64,000 nucleotides of DNA from Eledone cirrhosa. Its lineage: Eukaryota. This document shows, one piece after another, positions 1 to 13,260 of this stretch. The stretch spans positions 1,240,001 to 1,304,000 of the forward strand of contig OZ024763.1 in NCBI GenBank assembly GCA_964016885.1, in the 5' to 3' direction. The notes under the pieces are model-generated. The model saw nothing but the letters and a program-made list of their open reading frames with translations. It was not told the origin of the DNA and ran no database searches. Made by a program: the position numbers and the translations under genes. How positions within the stretch are numbered: the stretch's first letter is position 1; each line of letters opens with the position of its first letter.

Positions 1-188
1 CCATTTGCTAAACCAGCCTCTTTGTTACAAATGCAGCAACAGCCAAGACTGTCAGCTAATCACCCCAACGTTGCCACTAACCCCGCAGCTGCCTATAAAC
101 AGACCCAGCAACGACAAAAGGGTCCACCGCCAGGATTTGTGAAACATCAGAATCACAAGAACTATTCTAACAAGGCAGGAGTCTGTAG
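1..188 (+). CDS. XRN1: XRN1 5'-3' exoribonuclease, internal exon (5' end outside window)
   Basis: Open frame 1 PFAKPASLLQ...KAGVC ending AG|GTAAG at 188/189 (phase 2); joins in frame to the exon at 1499. Confidence 0.75.
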
Positions 189-907
189 GTAAGAAATGTG
201 CTCTATTAACCCTTTTGATGCCAACCTGCCCAAAACTGCCCCCTGCTTCTATGATACAAATTCACCTGTTTAAAAATGTTTATGGTTTGGCAAACTGCAG
301 GTTTGTGTCCCAGGTATGTCAATACTCATCTTTTTTTCCATTCAGAGGGTTTTTTAAAATCCCAACTAACAGACTATTTAGTCAAATACGGCGTAAGCAC
401 ATGTTACAACCTAATTTTCAACTTCTCTAGCTGTTTGTAAACAAAGCCTGCTTTGTGTCTCCCTGTTGATATTTAAATTTAAAACATTTAAAAACCTTTA
501 TATTTAAAATAAAAACACTTCAAAATATTTTACTGTATATACTTATTTATCAGCCGATACAAATATAAGGTGACCCCACTATTTTATGTCTGAGAAATGG
601 GCAAAAATCCAAACCTTATTTACATAGAATTTGAAGTTGGTGAAAATCTTCAAAATATTGACCTCGAATATAAGCTGACCCTTTCTACCATCAATTTTTT
701 GGCTACATATTCCTTGGATTATATTTGAGTATATACAGTATATTTAAACTAAAAACATTTAAAAATCTTCATGTTTAAAATAACATTTTAGAATGTTTAT
801 ATTTAAATTAAAAACATTTTGTAATGTTTTAATTTTGAATATACACATTTTAAAATGTTTATATTTAAATGTTTATATTTAAATGTTTATATTCAAATTA
901 AAAACAT

Positions 908-1180
908 TGGAACAAACTACCTGCATCAGTTGTTAGCTGTCAGGACAGTGCATCCTTCAAAACTTCCATGTTTCCTGAAATTCACCAACACAGATACATG
1001 GAGGGGGAATATCAGGTGTAGTACCTGATATTCCCCCTCCATGTATCTGTGTGTATATCGTGACTCCTACACTGTTCACTTTCCAGACTTTTGTACATTA
1101 TTCTATGTCCTATACATGCACCTTTGATGAGTTGTAGTGCACCTGAGCCCTGTACACAATCATTTTCATTATTATTATTA
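908..1180 (+). mobile_element. CR1/L2-like LINE 3' end with internal 30-bp inverted repeat and (ATT)n tail
   Basis: WNKLPASVVSCQDSASFKTSM C-terminal motif; tail TTCATTATTATTATTA. Confidence 0.6.
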
Positions 1181-1498
1181 GTGAAGGTGCATGGCTCGGT
1201 GGTGAGAGTTGGATTCGCAATCATGAGGTTGCGAATTCAATTCTCGGACCGGGTGATGCATTGTGTCATGTCCTTGAGCAAGACACTTTATTTCATGTTG
1301 CGACTGGTAGATAGTATCAGCAATGGAAAAAGCAATGAAAACATTGTTTCCTTGGTCCAGTTTGACAAGGTCCACCCCACACGACAAGTGAACGAGGTCT
1401 GGGACCTTGTCAATCGATCAGAGCGATTATTACAATATAAGACTGTAGTTATTATACCTTCATTAAATTTGTCTTGAAAATATTTTTTTGTATTGTAG

Positions 1499-1577
1499 GA
1501 ATACTGCACTTGAGTTCCACAATCTTTGTTGCCATTATGGACTTGGGCCACCAAAGTACGACTTCAGTGGGACAAAG
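1499..1577 (+). CDS. XRN1: XRN1 exon, first half of C-terminal dsRBD-like module
   Basis: TTGTAG acceptor, AAG|GTGAG donor; encodes NTALEFHNLCCHYGLGPPKYDFSGTK, resembling vertebrate XRN1 ICSLVGMPQPDFSF as recalled. Confidence 0.85.
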
Positions 1578-2798
1578 GTGAGATATGTGATCATGAACAA
1601 TATATTCCTACTTTTTCATCATCATCCTCATCCATCCATCCATCCTTTCACACCAGTATGGGTTAGACAGGTCATCACACACCAAGTCAGTACTTCCTTA
1701 TATGGAGCCACTTACATACTTTACAGAGTGTACTGGGTACATTTTATTGTGCATCCACCTTAACCCTTTAATGTTCAAACCGGCCAGAATTCTCTACCTC
1801 TTTCTGTTGAAACTGGCTGTAACTGGCCACTCAAACTGATGTTAAGGTATTGTTCTCAAAATAAATACTTTCAAAATCTTATAGATTCGATATTATGTGA
1901 GATAAAGCATTTACCATGAAAATATAGTATATATAGAGTAATGTGAATGCTAAAGGGTTAAAGGGATTTTATTCAATCGTATCAACCCTAATACATAATA
2001 GGAGACCACATTTTGGAGCCTGGGACTGGGTGGCACCATTATGAGGAGGGACAAGCCACTTGGCCATGCTGGACCCTTCACACAGTGGACCCTCAGTTCA
2101 GGTTCATAGCCTGGCACTGGGTGACACCACTATGAGAAGAGACAGGTCAAGTTGGCCGCGCCGAACCCTTCTCACAGTGGCAGCACCCCAGTATTGGAGT
2201 GGGGCACTCTCTCCACGACGAACCCTTCACAAGATCACATTTTACTTCTGGATGACCACAAATAAGTGCTGCTCTGATGAGCCACAGGGCTTCAGACACA
2301 CACATATGTGTGTGTATGTATATATATATATATATATATATATCATCATCATCATCATCGTTTAACGTCCATATTCCACGCTTGCATGGGTTTGGATGGG
2401 AGTTTTCCCACTTGAGGCAAGAGTGGTTGTCTTGCTCACATAGGACTGTCTGGCGGGTTTTCTACAGCTGGATGCCCTTCCTAGCACCAACCACATTTAC
2501 AGTGTGGGACTGGGAAGTTTTTACCGTGTTACATACACGGCCACATTACAGTGTGGACTGTGTGTTTTGTTTGTCGTGACAGCTACACGACCTCATTTAT
2601 TTCGGCCTGGATGTTGTGGCACCAACATAACTTTACATTGAATGGGGCGGTGTGGATGGGGTGGGGGTGGTGGGACACCATCATCATCTCTAGTTCCCGT
2701 AATGGAGACAACCCGTCCAACCCATGCCAGCATAGAAGGTGGTCATAAAATGATGTTTGTATATATTTATGTATTGTTGTTGTTGTTGTTTTTTCTAG

Positions 2799-2912
2799 AA
2801 CCACATCACAGCTTGTGTGACATTGTCAAATGGTAACAGACTACAGGGAACCCCTTGCTCAACCAGGGACGAAGCTGTTGAAAGTACAGCACGAATAGCT
2901 CTTCTTCACTTG
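2799..2912 (+). CDS. XRN1: XRN1 exon, second half of dsRBD-like module
   Basis: TTTTCTAG acceptor, TTG|GTAAC donor; NHITACVTLSNGNRLQGTPCSTRDEAVESTARIALLHL resembles vertebrate VCQVKLSNGLLVHGPQCHSENEAKEKAALFALQQL as recalled; missed by the ORF track. Confidence 0.87.
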
Positions 2913-2991
2913 GTAACTATCACCTTAGTTATCATACACACTTAACCCCTAGGTGCATTCTGTGCATGTAGTATATATATATATATATAAA

Positions 2992-3856
2992 CTAGCCAAA
3001 TTACCCCACACTTTGTTGCATTTCACACATTTTTTTTTTGTAAGAAAATGATGATTGATTTTAAATCAGTGATATAATTTATGGAGAAAAAATCTGCATT
3101 TCAATATTACTCAAAATTGGAAAACATTATTTTTTGTAATACAGGGCGGTGAATTGGCAGTATCGGTAGAAGGTCGGACGCCGTGCTTTCCAGCATAGTT
3201 ACCTCCCTTTACGATCTGAGTTCAAATCCCGCCGAGGTTGACTTTGCCTTTCATCCTTACGGGGTCGATAAAATAAAGTACCAGCTATGCACTGGGTAAT
3301 TGCTGGCCTTGTGCCTAAAGTAGAAACAATTATTTTTTGTAATATATCAAACCAAAATTGCATTTACCAGTAATGTACTGGGTAATTGCTGGCCTTGTGC
3401 CTAACGTAGAAACAATTATTTTTATTATTATTAAAAATAGAAATGGAAGCTTTCGCTGTATGGAGGAAAATTCTGCATTTCAATATTACTCAAAATTGGA
3501 AAACATTATTTATTGTAATATATCAAACCAAAATTGCATTATTAAATCTTATTCTTATTTTGTTTCTTGTAAATAATTTTTTTCAAAATATCAATTCAGA
3601 ACTTTTGTAAATAGCCATCATATCTTGTCATTTACCTATGGTTTAAATTTCATATAAATCGAAAGGAAAAAATTTTCAGCGGGGGTTTGTGCCCCCGGGG
3701 AACCCTTTGATTAAAATGAAATATACTTATCCAAGTACCCTGAGCAATGTAGTTTCAGAATGATGATGATGATGATATGGTTATAGGGGTCTATCTGCAA
3801 AACCATAGGAGGAGTTTGTGAACAAACAAACAGACAGGAACTACAACTTTATATTT
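2992..3856 (-). mobile_element. Probable non-autonomous Helitron with nested SINE
   Basis: Minus strand ends ...GGGGTAATTTGG-CTAG|T; 5' region has (GTCT/GTTT)n microsatellite typical of short Helitrons; 5' end abuts the RTE fragment. Confidence 0.5.
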
Positions 3857-4275
3857 ATGTGATAAAAGCCGACCTTACCCAATTACACCTCTCAAAGGCA
3901 ATGACACACGACCGTGACTTCCGGCGTCGCGCAGTAATACAGAGTACCCGACCTCCCATGGGTACAAGCTGAAGCATATAGACAATATGCCCCCACACAC
4001 CCCACTGCAAGGTGGTCGTGGAGGTGCCACAGCAAGAAAAGCACCCAGCCCACACTGTAAAGTGGACGTGTAGGCGCCACGAAAAAGCACCCAGCACTCA
4101 CTGTAAATGAGGTTGGTGTTAGGAAGGGCATCCAGCTGTAGAAATCAAGCCAAATCAGTTCCTGTATGAGCAAGGCATGGTCAGCCGACCAGACACTGCC
4201 CACAACAGGACAACCCGTCGAACCCATGCTAGCGTGGAAGAACGGACGTAGAACGGTGATGATGATGATGATGAT
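3857..4275 (+). mobile_element. 3' fragment of the same RTE LINE family
   Basis: Near-identical to 44355-44770 including the (GAT)n tail. Confidence 0.9.
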
Positions 4276-4676
4276 ATATATATATAAGAGGTAAACAGAA
4301 ATAACACAATCGGTACAGTATATGGAAGGAATATATTAGGTTAATGGTTGAAATAGCAGGAAGAAGGTCTTAGCGTTTCGGATGCTAGTCCTTCATCAGA
4401 AGAAAGAATGAGCAATAAGATAGATTGAAGGGACAGACAGTGGAATGCATGTTGAAGGGTGGGAGTGAAAAATAGATGGGTGAGAAGAAGGTGGTATAAG
4501 AGGAAAAGTGGTAGAGAGTCGTGGTATATTTAAATGCAAGAAGCAAAGAAAATTTCAATGATACAAAAGATTTCCTGGTGGAAGTTCAAGTACACTCCGG
4601 GTTGGTATCCAGTTTCAGGGTGAAAATCAAATTTGAAAATCCAACGAATTTGAGAGGTCCACGTAAGCGTTGATAT

Positions 4677-4732
<56 letters not shown>

Positions 4733-4949
4733 TATGTATGTAAAACGTAAACAGAAATACCAACACAGTCGGTAGAGTTTATGGAAGGAATATATTAGTT
4801 TAACACTTGAAATAGCAGGAAGATGAAGGCATATCTGTTCCCCTCTCTCTCTCTCTCTCCATCTGCCCCCTCTCCCCCCCTCTCCAGTATATCATATATA
4901 TATATATATATATATCTCACTAAATGTCTTATCTGTATTATCCCACCAG

Positions 4950-5103
4950 TCTGCTCAAAGTATGATGGTTCCCTACCAGTTGATGCCACCACAAGCAGCC
5001 CCCCCTGGAGTCATGCCTGCCCCACACCTTGGACAAATGACTCAACAATTTTCATCCCCTAATTCAGCGTTCAGTCCTGTTGTCCCCAGAGGACCTGCCC
5101 CAG
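4950..5103 (+). CDS. XRN1: XRN1 exon, Pro-rich low-complexity region
   Basis: CCACCAG acceptor, CAG|GTCAG donor; SAQSMMVPYQLMPPQAAPPG...RGPAP, phase 0 in and phase 1 out, matching both neighbours. Confidence 0.78.
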
Positions 5104-5109
5104 GTCAGT

Positions 5110-5382
5110 ATATATATATATATATGTCTGTTTTATAAAGTTAGCATAAGTCATACTTACTATATATATATATATATGTGTGTGTATCTATCTATATATA
5201 TATATATATATATATATGTCTGTTTTATAAAGTTAGCATAAGTCATACTTACTATATATATATATATATATATGTGTGTATGTGTATCTATCTATATATA
5301 TATATATATATATATATGTCTGTTTTATAAAGTTAGCATAAGTCATACTTACTATATATATATATATGTGTGTGTGTATCTA

Positions 5383-5418
<36 letters not shown>

Positions 5419-5447
5419 AGTTTTATAAAGTTAGCATAAGTCATACT

Positions 5448-5483
<36 letters not shown>

Positions 5484-5556
5484 ATGTGTATCTATCTATA
5501 TATATATATATATATATATATGTCTGTTTTATAAAGTTAGCATAAGTCATACTTAC

Positions 5557-5589
<33 letters not shown>

Positions 5590-5594
5590 ATCTA

Positions 5595-5628
<34 letters not shown>

Positions 5629-5817
5629 TGTTTTATAAAGTTAGCATAAGTCATACTTACTATATATATATATATATATATGTGTGTATGTGTATCTATC
5701 TATATATATATATATATATATATGTCTGTTTTATAAAGTTAGCATAAGTCATACTTACTATATATATATATATATGTGTGTATGTGTATCTATCTATATA
5801 TATATATATATATATAT
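5110..5817. repeat. Compound minisatellite, 8 units of GTCTGTTTTATAAAGTTAGCATAAGTCATACTTAC + variable (TA)n/(TG)n
   Basis: Direct reading; begins a few nt after the XRN1 donor at 5104. Confidence 0.92.
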
Positions 5818-5876
5818 GATGTGTGTATGTCTCTATGTACATATATATATATACACACATGCATGTATTATATATA

Positions 5877-6580
5877 CCAGCTGAAAAACCACCTTTCGGG
5901 TGGTTTTCTGCTAGCATGTGTAGTGTGTATAGTGATATTATACGCAGGTATATATACATGTAGATACGATACATCATATAAAATCTTAATTTACAATATA
6001 AACAGAAATTGAACGAAGACTGCGTTACACTGTCTTATGTAATCAGTAACGTAATCCATGATACATTAAAAAAAGACGATATTATATATAAACTGCATTA
6101 GGAGAAAATTAGTGACAGAAAATTAGTATGTTTATTTAAGTGATTGCCACCGGAAGTGTTGACATCACACACTCTCTCTTTCTCTCTCTCTATATATATA
6201 TATATGGTAGTTGAAGTGGTGGTGGTGGCAACAATATACCGGAAGAGCAACTTTGAAAAGAAGTCGATTTTAAATTATTTATTTTTACAAAATTTAGTAG
6301 ATATGTAATATTCATTCATTATTTATTCGGTGGATTGGCAGTATCGGTAGAGGGTTGGACCTTTAGGGTCTGAGTTCAAATCCCGTTGAGGTTAACTTTG
6401 CCTTTCATTCTTATGGGGTCGATAAAATAAAGTACCAGTAATGCACTGGGGTAATAGCTGGCCTTGTGCCAAAAGTAGAAACAATTATTTATTCAAAGTA
6501 ATCCAACTTATTTTACTAATGGGATAAAAAAAAATGAACCATACGCAGTCCCGAAAGACCTTCCATTATTATAGTTTAGA
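5877..6580 (-). mobile_element. Non-autonomous Helitron-like element (second copy + 40917-41465); SINE inserted at 6328-6489
   Basis: A|TC 5' end, subterminal hairpin AAAACCACC-CGAAA-GGTGGTTTT, CTGG|T 3' end, no TSD; colinear homology with 40917-41465. Confidence 0.65.
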
Positions 6581-7367
6581 TATAGGAAAAGAGTCAGGAC
6601 CCCGACAGCAGAGCTCTGGCTGTTTCGACGGCTAGTTCTGAACTAATGCATAATACTGCGTTGCGTTAGTTTAGATCTAGCTGTCGAAACAGCTGGAGAA
6701 ACAGCTGGAGCTCTGCTGTCGGGGTCCTGACTCTTTTCCTATTACTCACTCTACTACCTATAGTATTGAGTACTCTGGTGCGTTATGGTCCGCCTGGTTC
6801 CTTACCATACTTCCTTCGTTATATATATATATATACATGTGTGTGTATGAAGCTCAAATTTTCAAACTTACTAAGTGACAAAGAAATAAGTTTATAAGAT
6901 GTAGAAAACTCACAGAAAATAACTGTAATTATAGTCAGTTGCTATAAAACGGTACCTTATAAAAAGGTATATATATATAGAGAGAGAGAGAGAAAAAAAG
7001 ATGAAATCGAAAATGCAACTGGAGTCTTATTTTTTTAAAAATATATTTATTTGGTTCCTTTACCGGTTTCGCAGTTCTTCTGCTTTTCAAAAGTAGAGTT
7101 GAGATGGAGGGTCTGTGGTTTTTCTATATGTATATATATATATATAAAATTACCTTTAGAGACGGAAAAATTTTGCTTGTGGCTGCTACATAGAACTCCA
7201 TATGTTCGTAGTGGCTACTGATTACATTTTCTCGTCTCTAAGGGGTCTTTACCTGACTTTTATAAACTATTTTATAGCAACTGACTGTAATTATAGTTAT
7301 TTTCTCTGTCTTTACTTTCTACATCTTCTTATAAATATATTTATATATATACACACACATATATATA

Positions 7368-7443
<76 letters not shown>

Positions 7444-8347
7444 CTCTCTCTTTCTTCCTCTCTTGAGATATATATATATATATATAAATGTATGTATATA
7501 AAACCTGAAAAAGTAATCTATAACATTTCATTCATACATTTCATGTGTATTATTTATGTTTTTGTAACCAATAGAAATTGTGGTGTTTACAGTTGTCATC
7601 ATTTTATCAGAAAATGTTTACTATTATATACACTTTATTGGCCCCTGTGGCCAACATCAAAAGTATTATATATATATATTGTTCTGGAGCAATGTCTGCT
7701 TTCATAACACCATATTTAGGATTAACCCTTTAGCATTTAAACTGGTCATATCCGGCCAGAATTCTCTCACCTCTTTCTGTCAAACCAGCTGTAACTGGCC
7801 ACTCATACTGATGTTAAGGTATTGTTCGCAAAATAAATAATGACAAAATCTAATAGCTTCAATATTTATGTAAGATAAAGCCATTAACCGTGAAAATACA
7901 GTAGTATATATAGAGTAATGTAAATGTTAAAGGGTTAAACAAGTTGTATTGTTATAAGAACAGTCAACCCCTTTTTTTACCTTATAAGGACACATAATAG
8001 GCCTCCTTTTGTTGTGACTGATTTTGTAAATGTGAAATGTGTGTAGCCTAGTGTTTAGGCTCACTCATTTCTTTTCTAGCTGTGTGGACTATAGCAACAG
8101 GAAATAAAGTGTCCTGCTCAAGGACAACACACCACCCAATCTAGGACTCAAACTCACAACCTTATAACTAACATTCATACCTTCACATAGGGACACAATA
8201 CTGGTGAAAAATGAATCTTGTTCTTCTTCGCCCACTTATTCCTGTGAGGGTCGTGGGAGCAGAGTCCTGGAGAGGAGATGGATTCCACCAGGTTAATATT
8301 CAAGACAAACAGGGCATATACATATCATTATATATATATATATATAT

Positions 8348-8959
8348 ATCATCATCATCATCATCATCATTTTACGTCCGCTTTTCCCTGCTTGCAAGGG
8401 TGGGACGGGTCCTATTCAGCGCAGCATCTCTCCACTTGTCACGGTCCTTTGTCATCTCCTCCGTGAGTTTCAGCGATCTGAGGTCAGCTCTCACCACCTC
8501 CGCCCAATTTTTTCGTGGTCTACCTCTACTGCGTCTTCCTTCTACTGGGATTTCTTGGCACTTCTTTACCCAGCGGTCATCCTCCATGCGCATCACATGT
8601 CCATACCATCTCGGCCTTCTCTCCTGCACACCACAACTTATCCCTCTTATACACAGTTTCTTTCTCAACTCATCTATGCTTGGTCGTTCACGCACATTGA
8701 CATTGCACATCCAACGGAGCATGCTGGCTTCATTTCTCTCCAGCTGTCACATATCTTCTGCAGTTGCTGCCCATGTCTCACTACCATGCAGCATCGCGCA
8801 TCTCACACAGGCATCATATAACCGTCCTTTCGTACGCAGGGAGAAACCCTTCTTTGTCAACAGAGGAAGCAGCTCCCTAAACTTCTTCCCGTCCTTATTC
8901 TAGATACTATGGCCTCAGACCCCCCCCCCCCTCCCTCATGCTAATCTGATCACCTAGGT
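8348..8959 (-). mobile_element. 3' fragment of a second RTE LINE family
   Basis: MLRWMCNVNVRERPS...RWYGHVMRM...RGRPRKNW...; different 3' end (GCAAGCAGGGAAAAGCGGACGTAAAA + (TGA)n). Confidence 0.9.
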
Positions 8960-9061
8960 ATATATATATATATGGACACACATGCACGCACGCACGCACA
9001 CCTATATATATATATATTGTCTAAACCCATGCTAGCGTGGAAGATAGACGTTAAATGATGA

Positions 9062-9120
<59 letters not shown>

Positions 9121-9123
<3 letters not shown>

Positions 9124-9422
9124 TAGGTGGTGTTACCAAAACAAGCACTCTATGCACCAGCTGAGTGTATGTATGTATGTATATATATATTTAAAAAAAA
9201 CCATGAAGTTTTGTTTACATGTATTTAGATTTTTATTGTGTATTGACCTGTTACACACATTTTGCATAAGGTTGGCTCAGGGTCACCCATAGGGGTTATG
9301 GACCTGAGACCCGACTCCATCACCAATCTGCTCTTCAGACTGGTGATGTGACAAAAAAAAAAAATATAGGTGCATGTATATCTAAATATATATAAACGAA
9401 ACTTCATGTTTTTCTTAAATAT
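9121..9422 (-). mobile_element. Older fold-back element with CpG-decayed hammerhead (9247-9342)
   Basis: Inverted arms 9188-9230 and 9380-9422; minus CCAGT-CTGAAGA-GCA...TGC-AAAA-TGTGTG-TA-ACAGG; TAGAGTGCT tail motif at 9144-9152. Confidence 0.62.
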
Positions 9423-11359
9423 ATATATATATATATGTATTTATGTATATATATATTCATTTCATTTTTCATTTCATTTTACGTCCACTTTTCCCTGCTT
9501 GCAAGGGTGGGACGGGAATTGATGCTGGCTTGATTTCTACAGCTGGATGCCCTTCCTAACACCAACCTCATTTACAGTGAGTGCTGGGTGCTTTTTTGCC
9601 GTGGCACCTCCACAACCACTTTGCAGTGGAATGATAGGGACCTCAGTCCCTATCATCTCATTTCTACAGCTGAGTAAACTGGAGCAATGTGAAATAAAGT
9701 GTCTTGCTCAAGGAAACAACACATCACCCGGTCTGAGAATTGAACTCACAACCTTTCGATTGCAAGGCCAATGCTCTAACCACTAAGCCATGTGCCTCCA
9801 TATATATATATGTATTTATGTATGTATGTATGAGAGAGAGAGAAGATGCATCCAGTACACTCTGTAAAGCTGTTGGTAATAGGAAGGGCATCCAGCCATA
9901 GAAAACCTGCCAAACAAAGAGTAGATGAGGCTGTTCAGTTGAATCAAAGACATGAGGACTCCTTAGTATTGATGTCTGGAGTGTACAGCATTCCTCCACA
10001 CTGTAGAACGTAGGAATGTATATAAGTGAGATGAGGTGTTGGACCATCTTGGAGGTCAACACTCTGATTAAGATCTTGGTCCAACTCTTGCTAGTAGGGA
10101 AAACAAATGTTCAATGACGATGATGATATATCATCGATTTTATGTCCATTTTTCCATATTGGTGTGGGTTAGACAAGCCCCGTCCAACACAGTTTCCTTC
10201 TCCCTCTTTCTTTCCTTTCTCATCTCTTTTGTGAGGATCAGCTTCAGCTTTCTGATCCCATCTTTCCCCCGCCAACCTCTGCCCCTAATGTCCTCAGACT
10301 TTCCTCTTCCACAGTTTCCTACCCCACGATACTTGTGGTACTTCTTCATCCAACAATCACCATCCACACAACTTTGTATGTCTGTACCTGTGCAATCTTC
10401 CATCCTTTGAAATTGTATACTAAAAGTTACTAATAACAATTGTGAAATGTTTAGCCCCTATAATTTCCATGGTGGAGGCACATGGCTTAGTGGTGAGGCT
10501 GTTGGAGTCACAATCGTTGGATCGTGAGTTCAATTCTTGGACTTGGCAGTGTGTTCTGTTCTTGAGCAAGACACTTTATTTCATGTTGCTTTTCAGGATA
10601 AGTCTGGGGTGGGGCACTTGTTATTAACCCATTAGCATTTAAACCGGCCGTATCCAGCCAGAATTCTCTCACCTCTTTCTATTCAAACCAACCACAACTG
10701 ACAACTCATACTGACGTTAAGCTATTGTTCTCAAAATAAATATCAAAATCTCATAGATTCGATATTACATGAAATAATTATGTGAAATAAAGTGTTTACA
10801 GTGAAAATACAAAAGTAAATACAGAGTAATGTAAATGCTAAAGGGTTAAAACATCCAAGAAATCCCCTAGATGAGATGCAATCTTGTATAAGGCCAGCTG
10901 AACATACATGGGTATGAGTTGTAACAACAGCATGCTAAAACTTTGGGCCCTTTCTCATTAAAACACCTAAGAAACCTCCTATGAGATGTAACCTCATAGG
11001 AGGCCAACTGAACTTGTATAAGTGTGAGCTGTAAATTTTGTTCGTTTTTTTTTTTATTTTTCCGTATGTTTCGATTAATTTTGAAAATAATATAGAATTT
11101 GAAACGATAAGAGTGATGGGAAGAGATAGAGGCAGGGAAATCCTTCAAATACTTTATTATTTTCAAAATTAATTGAAACTCAGCCAGTGTAATATAATTC
11201 ATTAGAAATATAGTAACGAAAGGGCTAAATTAAGCTTAAATGAAGAAGAAAACACATACACACACACACACATAAATTCCCCTCAAAATAAAATCCCAAT
11301 CGACAATTTAGTGCGGAACTTCACTTTGAAAAGCAGTGTTATATATCTTGTGTCCTCAG

Positions 11360-11685
11360 GATGGAGTATTGTCCCTCAACATCTTCAGAAGCTACCCTGG
11401 TATACTACAACTCCACCTCAAGGTAACCTAAACCCTACCATCTCTGGAGCACCTACAGTATTATATACAGGTATCGCTGCTGCTAACCAGTTTACTACAA
11501 AGCAACCAGCTGCTGTCGCCACCACCACCACTGCCACCACCACCACCACCACCACAGCCTCCTCAGCCACCTCCTCTGCTGCCACAGCATACAGTAATCT
11601 TCTAATGTCAACAACATTAACACCCAGTCAAGTTCATACTTCACTCTCCTGCAGTGTTGCCAATGGAAACACAAGTTATTTTGAG
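11360..11685 (+). CDS. XRN1: XRN1 exon, Thr/Ala-rich region
   Basis: CCTCAG acceptor, GAG|GTGAG donor; phase 1 in, phase 0 out; lies in ORF 11311..11739. Confidence 0.75.
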
Positions 11686-12639
11686 GTGAGATATATACAT
11701 CAACATGGATCTTTTATTTTCAGTGTTTACCCTTTTTAAATTTTTTTTAAACTCTTTTACTGGCTTCAGTCGTTCAACAACGGCCAGGCCATGCTGTAGC
11801 ACTTTGTTTTCTCTTTTTTTATGTCTATTTTTATCAAGACAATGTTTTTTACCAAAACCAGCTCTGGTTCTATGAAACCATTCATTTTAAAGGGTTCTTA
11901 TTTAGATTAAAATCTTTCAATGTAAGTTTATATAGGAACTATATTTTAAGTTTAATTAATAATATTAATAAATTGCTCAAAATTCTTCTTTAAGCTTTTT
12001 GATACCAACCTGGCCCAAACCAGTTCATTTCAAAGGGATTCTATTGGGGGGGGGGGGGGGGGGGGGGGCAGACGTTTTTTGTTTTTGTATTTGTTTTGTA
12101 TGATTCTTGTGAAATTATGTAGAAATAGCTGTCGTTATATTTTGAGAGGATTATACTGTTAATTAAAGCACACATACCCACACATACACATATCCCCCCC
12201 ACACACACACACATACACACAAGTTAAGTTTGATTTCAGTTTTTTTATTAATCAATCTGGTATTTAATCCATCTATTAGTTTGTTAATCAAACAATTGAT
12301 TAATTAAATGTCAAAGGCCTTTTGTCACACTCTGTGATTTTATCAATATCTTTTGCCCTCTGTGTCTCCTCTTTGTTTTCACATCAATTTTTTTTGTTTT
12401 CTTGTCTACTTATTTTCTCTCACTTTGAAGCAATGTTATACACCCATCTGTCTTTGTAGGAAAGGAATAAGGAGCACTATATGATGTACATGATGTAAAA
12501 CATTGGTACATAAGGGATGTAAGAGAAATTGTAGGTAGACTAACAGAAAAAAGTAGGTTTTGTATGTGGTAGGCACACAGGGTTAGTTGGTAGTAAGTAC
12601 ACCAGTGAAATATACTTTTTCCAATATGTGGAAGTTTCC

Positions 12640-13260
12640 ATTGTAGTAGTTGATAGCTTTTGTTACCCAGATGACCTAATTAGCAGTAGAGGAGGTAGCT
12701 CTGTGAGCAAAGTAACTAAAATAAGAACAGAGTGGAAACAGTTCAGGGAGTTACGACTACTTTTAAAGATAAAGGGATGTTTCTTTTTTATGAGAAAAGG
12801 GTAGATTGTATGATGCCTGAGTGAGTGGTGTAATGTTGCATGGTAGCGGAACTTGGGCTGTGAATGAAGAGGATATGTAAGGGCTGGACAGGAATGAATC
12901 AAGCACACTCTTATGGATGTGAAGTATTAACGTGCAAGAAAACTGAAGCAGTGAGGGAGCTAAAAGAAGAATCAGTCATAAGAGGAATCGGATGCTGCAT
13001 GCTGAGAGGAAGAATGTGCTGGTATCGACACGTAATGTATATGGATGATGATGGTTGTTGGATGTAGAAGTGTAGAGTGACCCCAGGTGAAGGAAACTGC
13101 AGAAGAGAAAGACAGAAAAATCTTGGCTGAAGCGATGAGAGCTGATCTCAAATCATTGGACCTCGGACCTCACAGAAATGACAAAGGAATACATCAAGTT
13201 TTGGAGAAGACTCATCCAGTTCATGAAAGCATGGAAAGACAGCAGTGAGGAGGATGCTGA
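12640..13260 (+). mobile_element. Degenerate RTE LINE 3' fragment
   Basis: Frameshifted remnants (KIRTEWKQFREL, WYRHVMYM) colinear with 43880-44460. Confidence 0.7.

Noticed and set aside
2268-2296. CTGATGAGCC-ACAG-GGC resembling a hammerhead 5' half
   Set aside because: No GAAA or stem III follows; at most a truncated remnant
3144-3235. tRNA-like A/B boxes here and in other SINE heads
   Set aside because: They continue into SINE bodies and do not form a complete cloverleaf; not called as tRNA genes
4530-4680. RWIFKF peptide next to a hammerhead element as a possible GIY-YIG C-terminus
   Set aside because: Too short and lacks other motif residues to support a PLE ORF
5110-5817. CRISPR-like look: constant 35-bp repeat with variable spacers (also 53891-54720, 57530-58520)
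   Set aside because: Spacers are only length-variable microsatellites, there are no cas genes, and the context is eukaryotic
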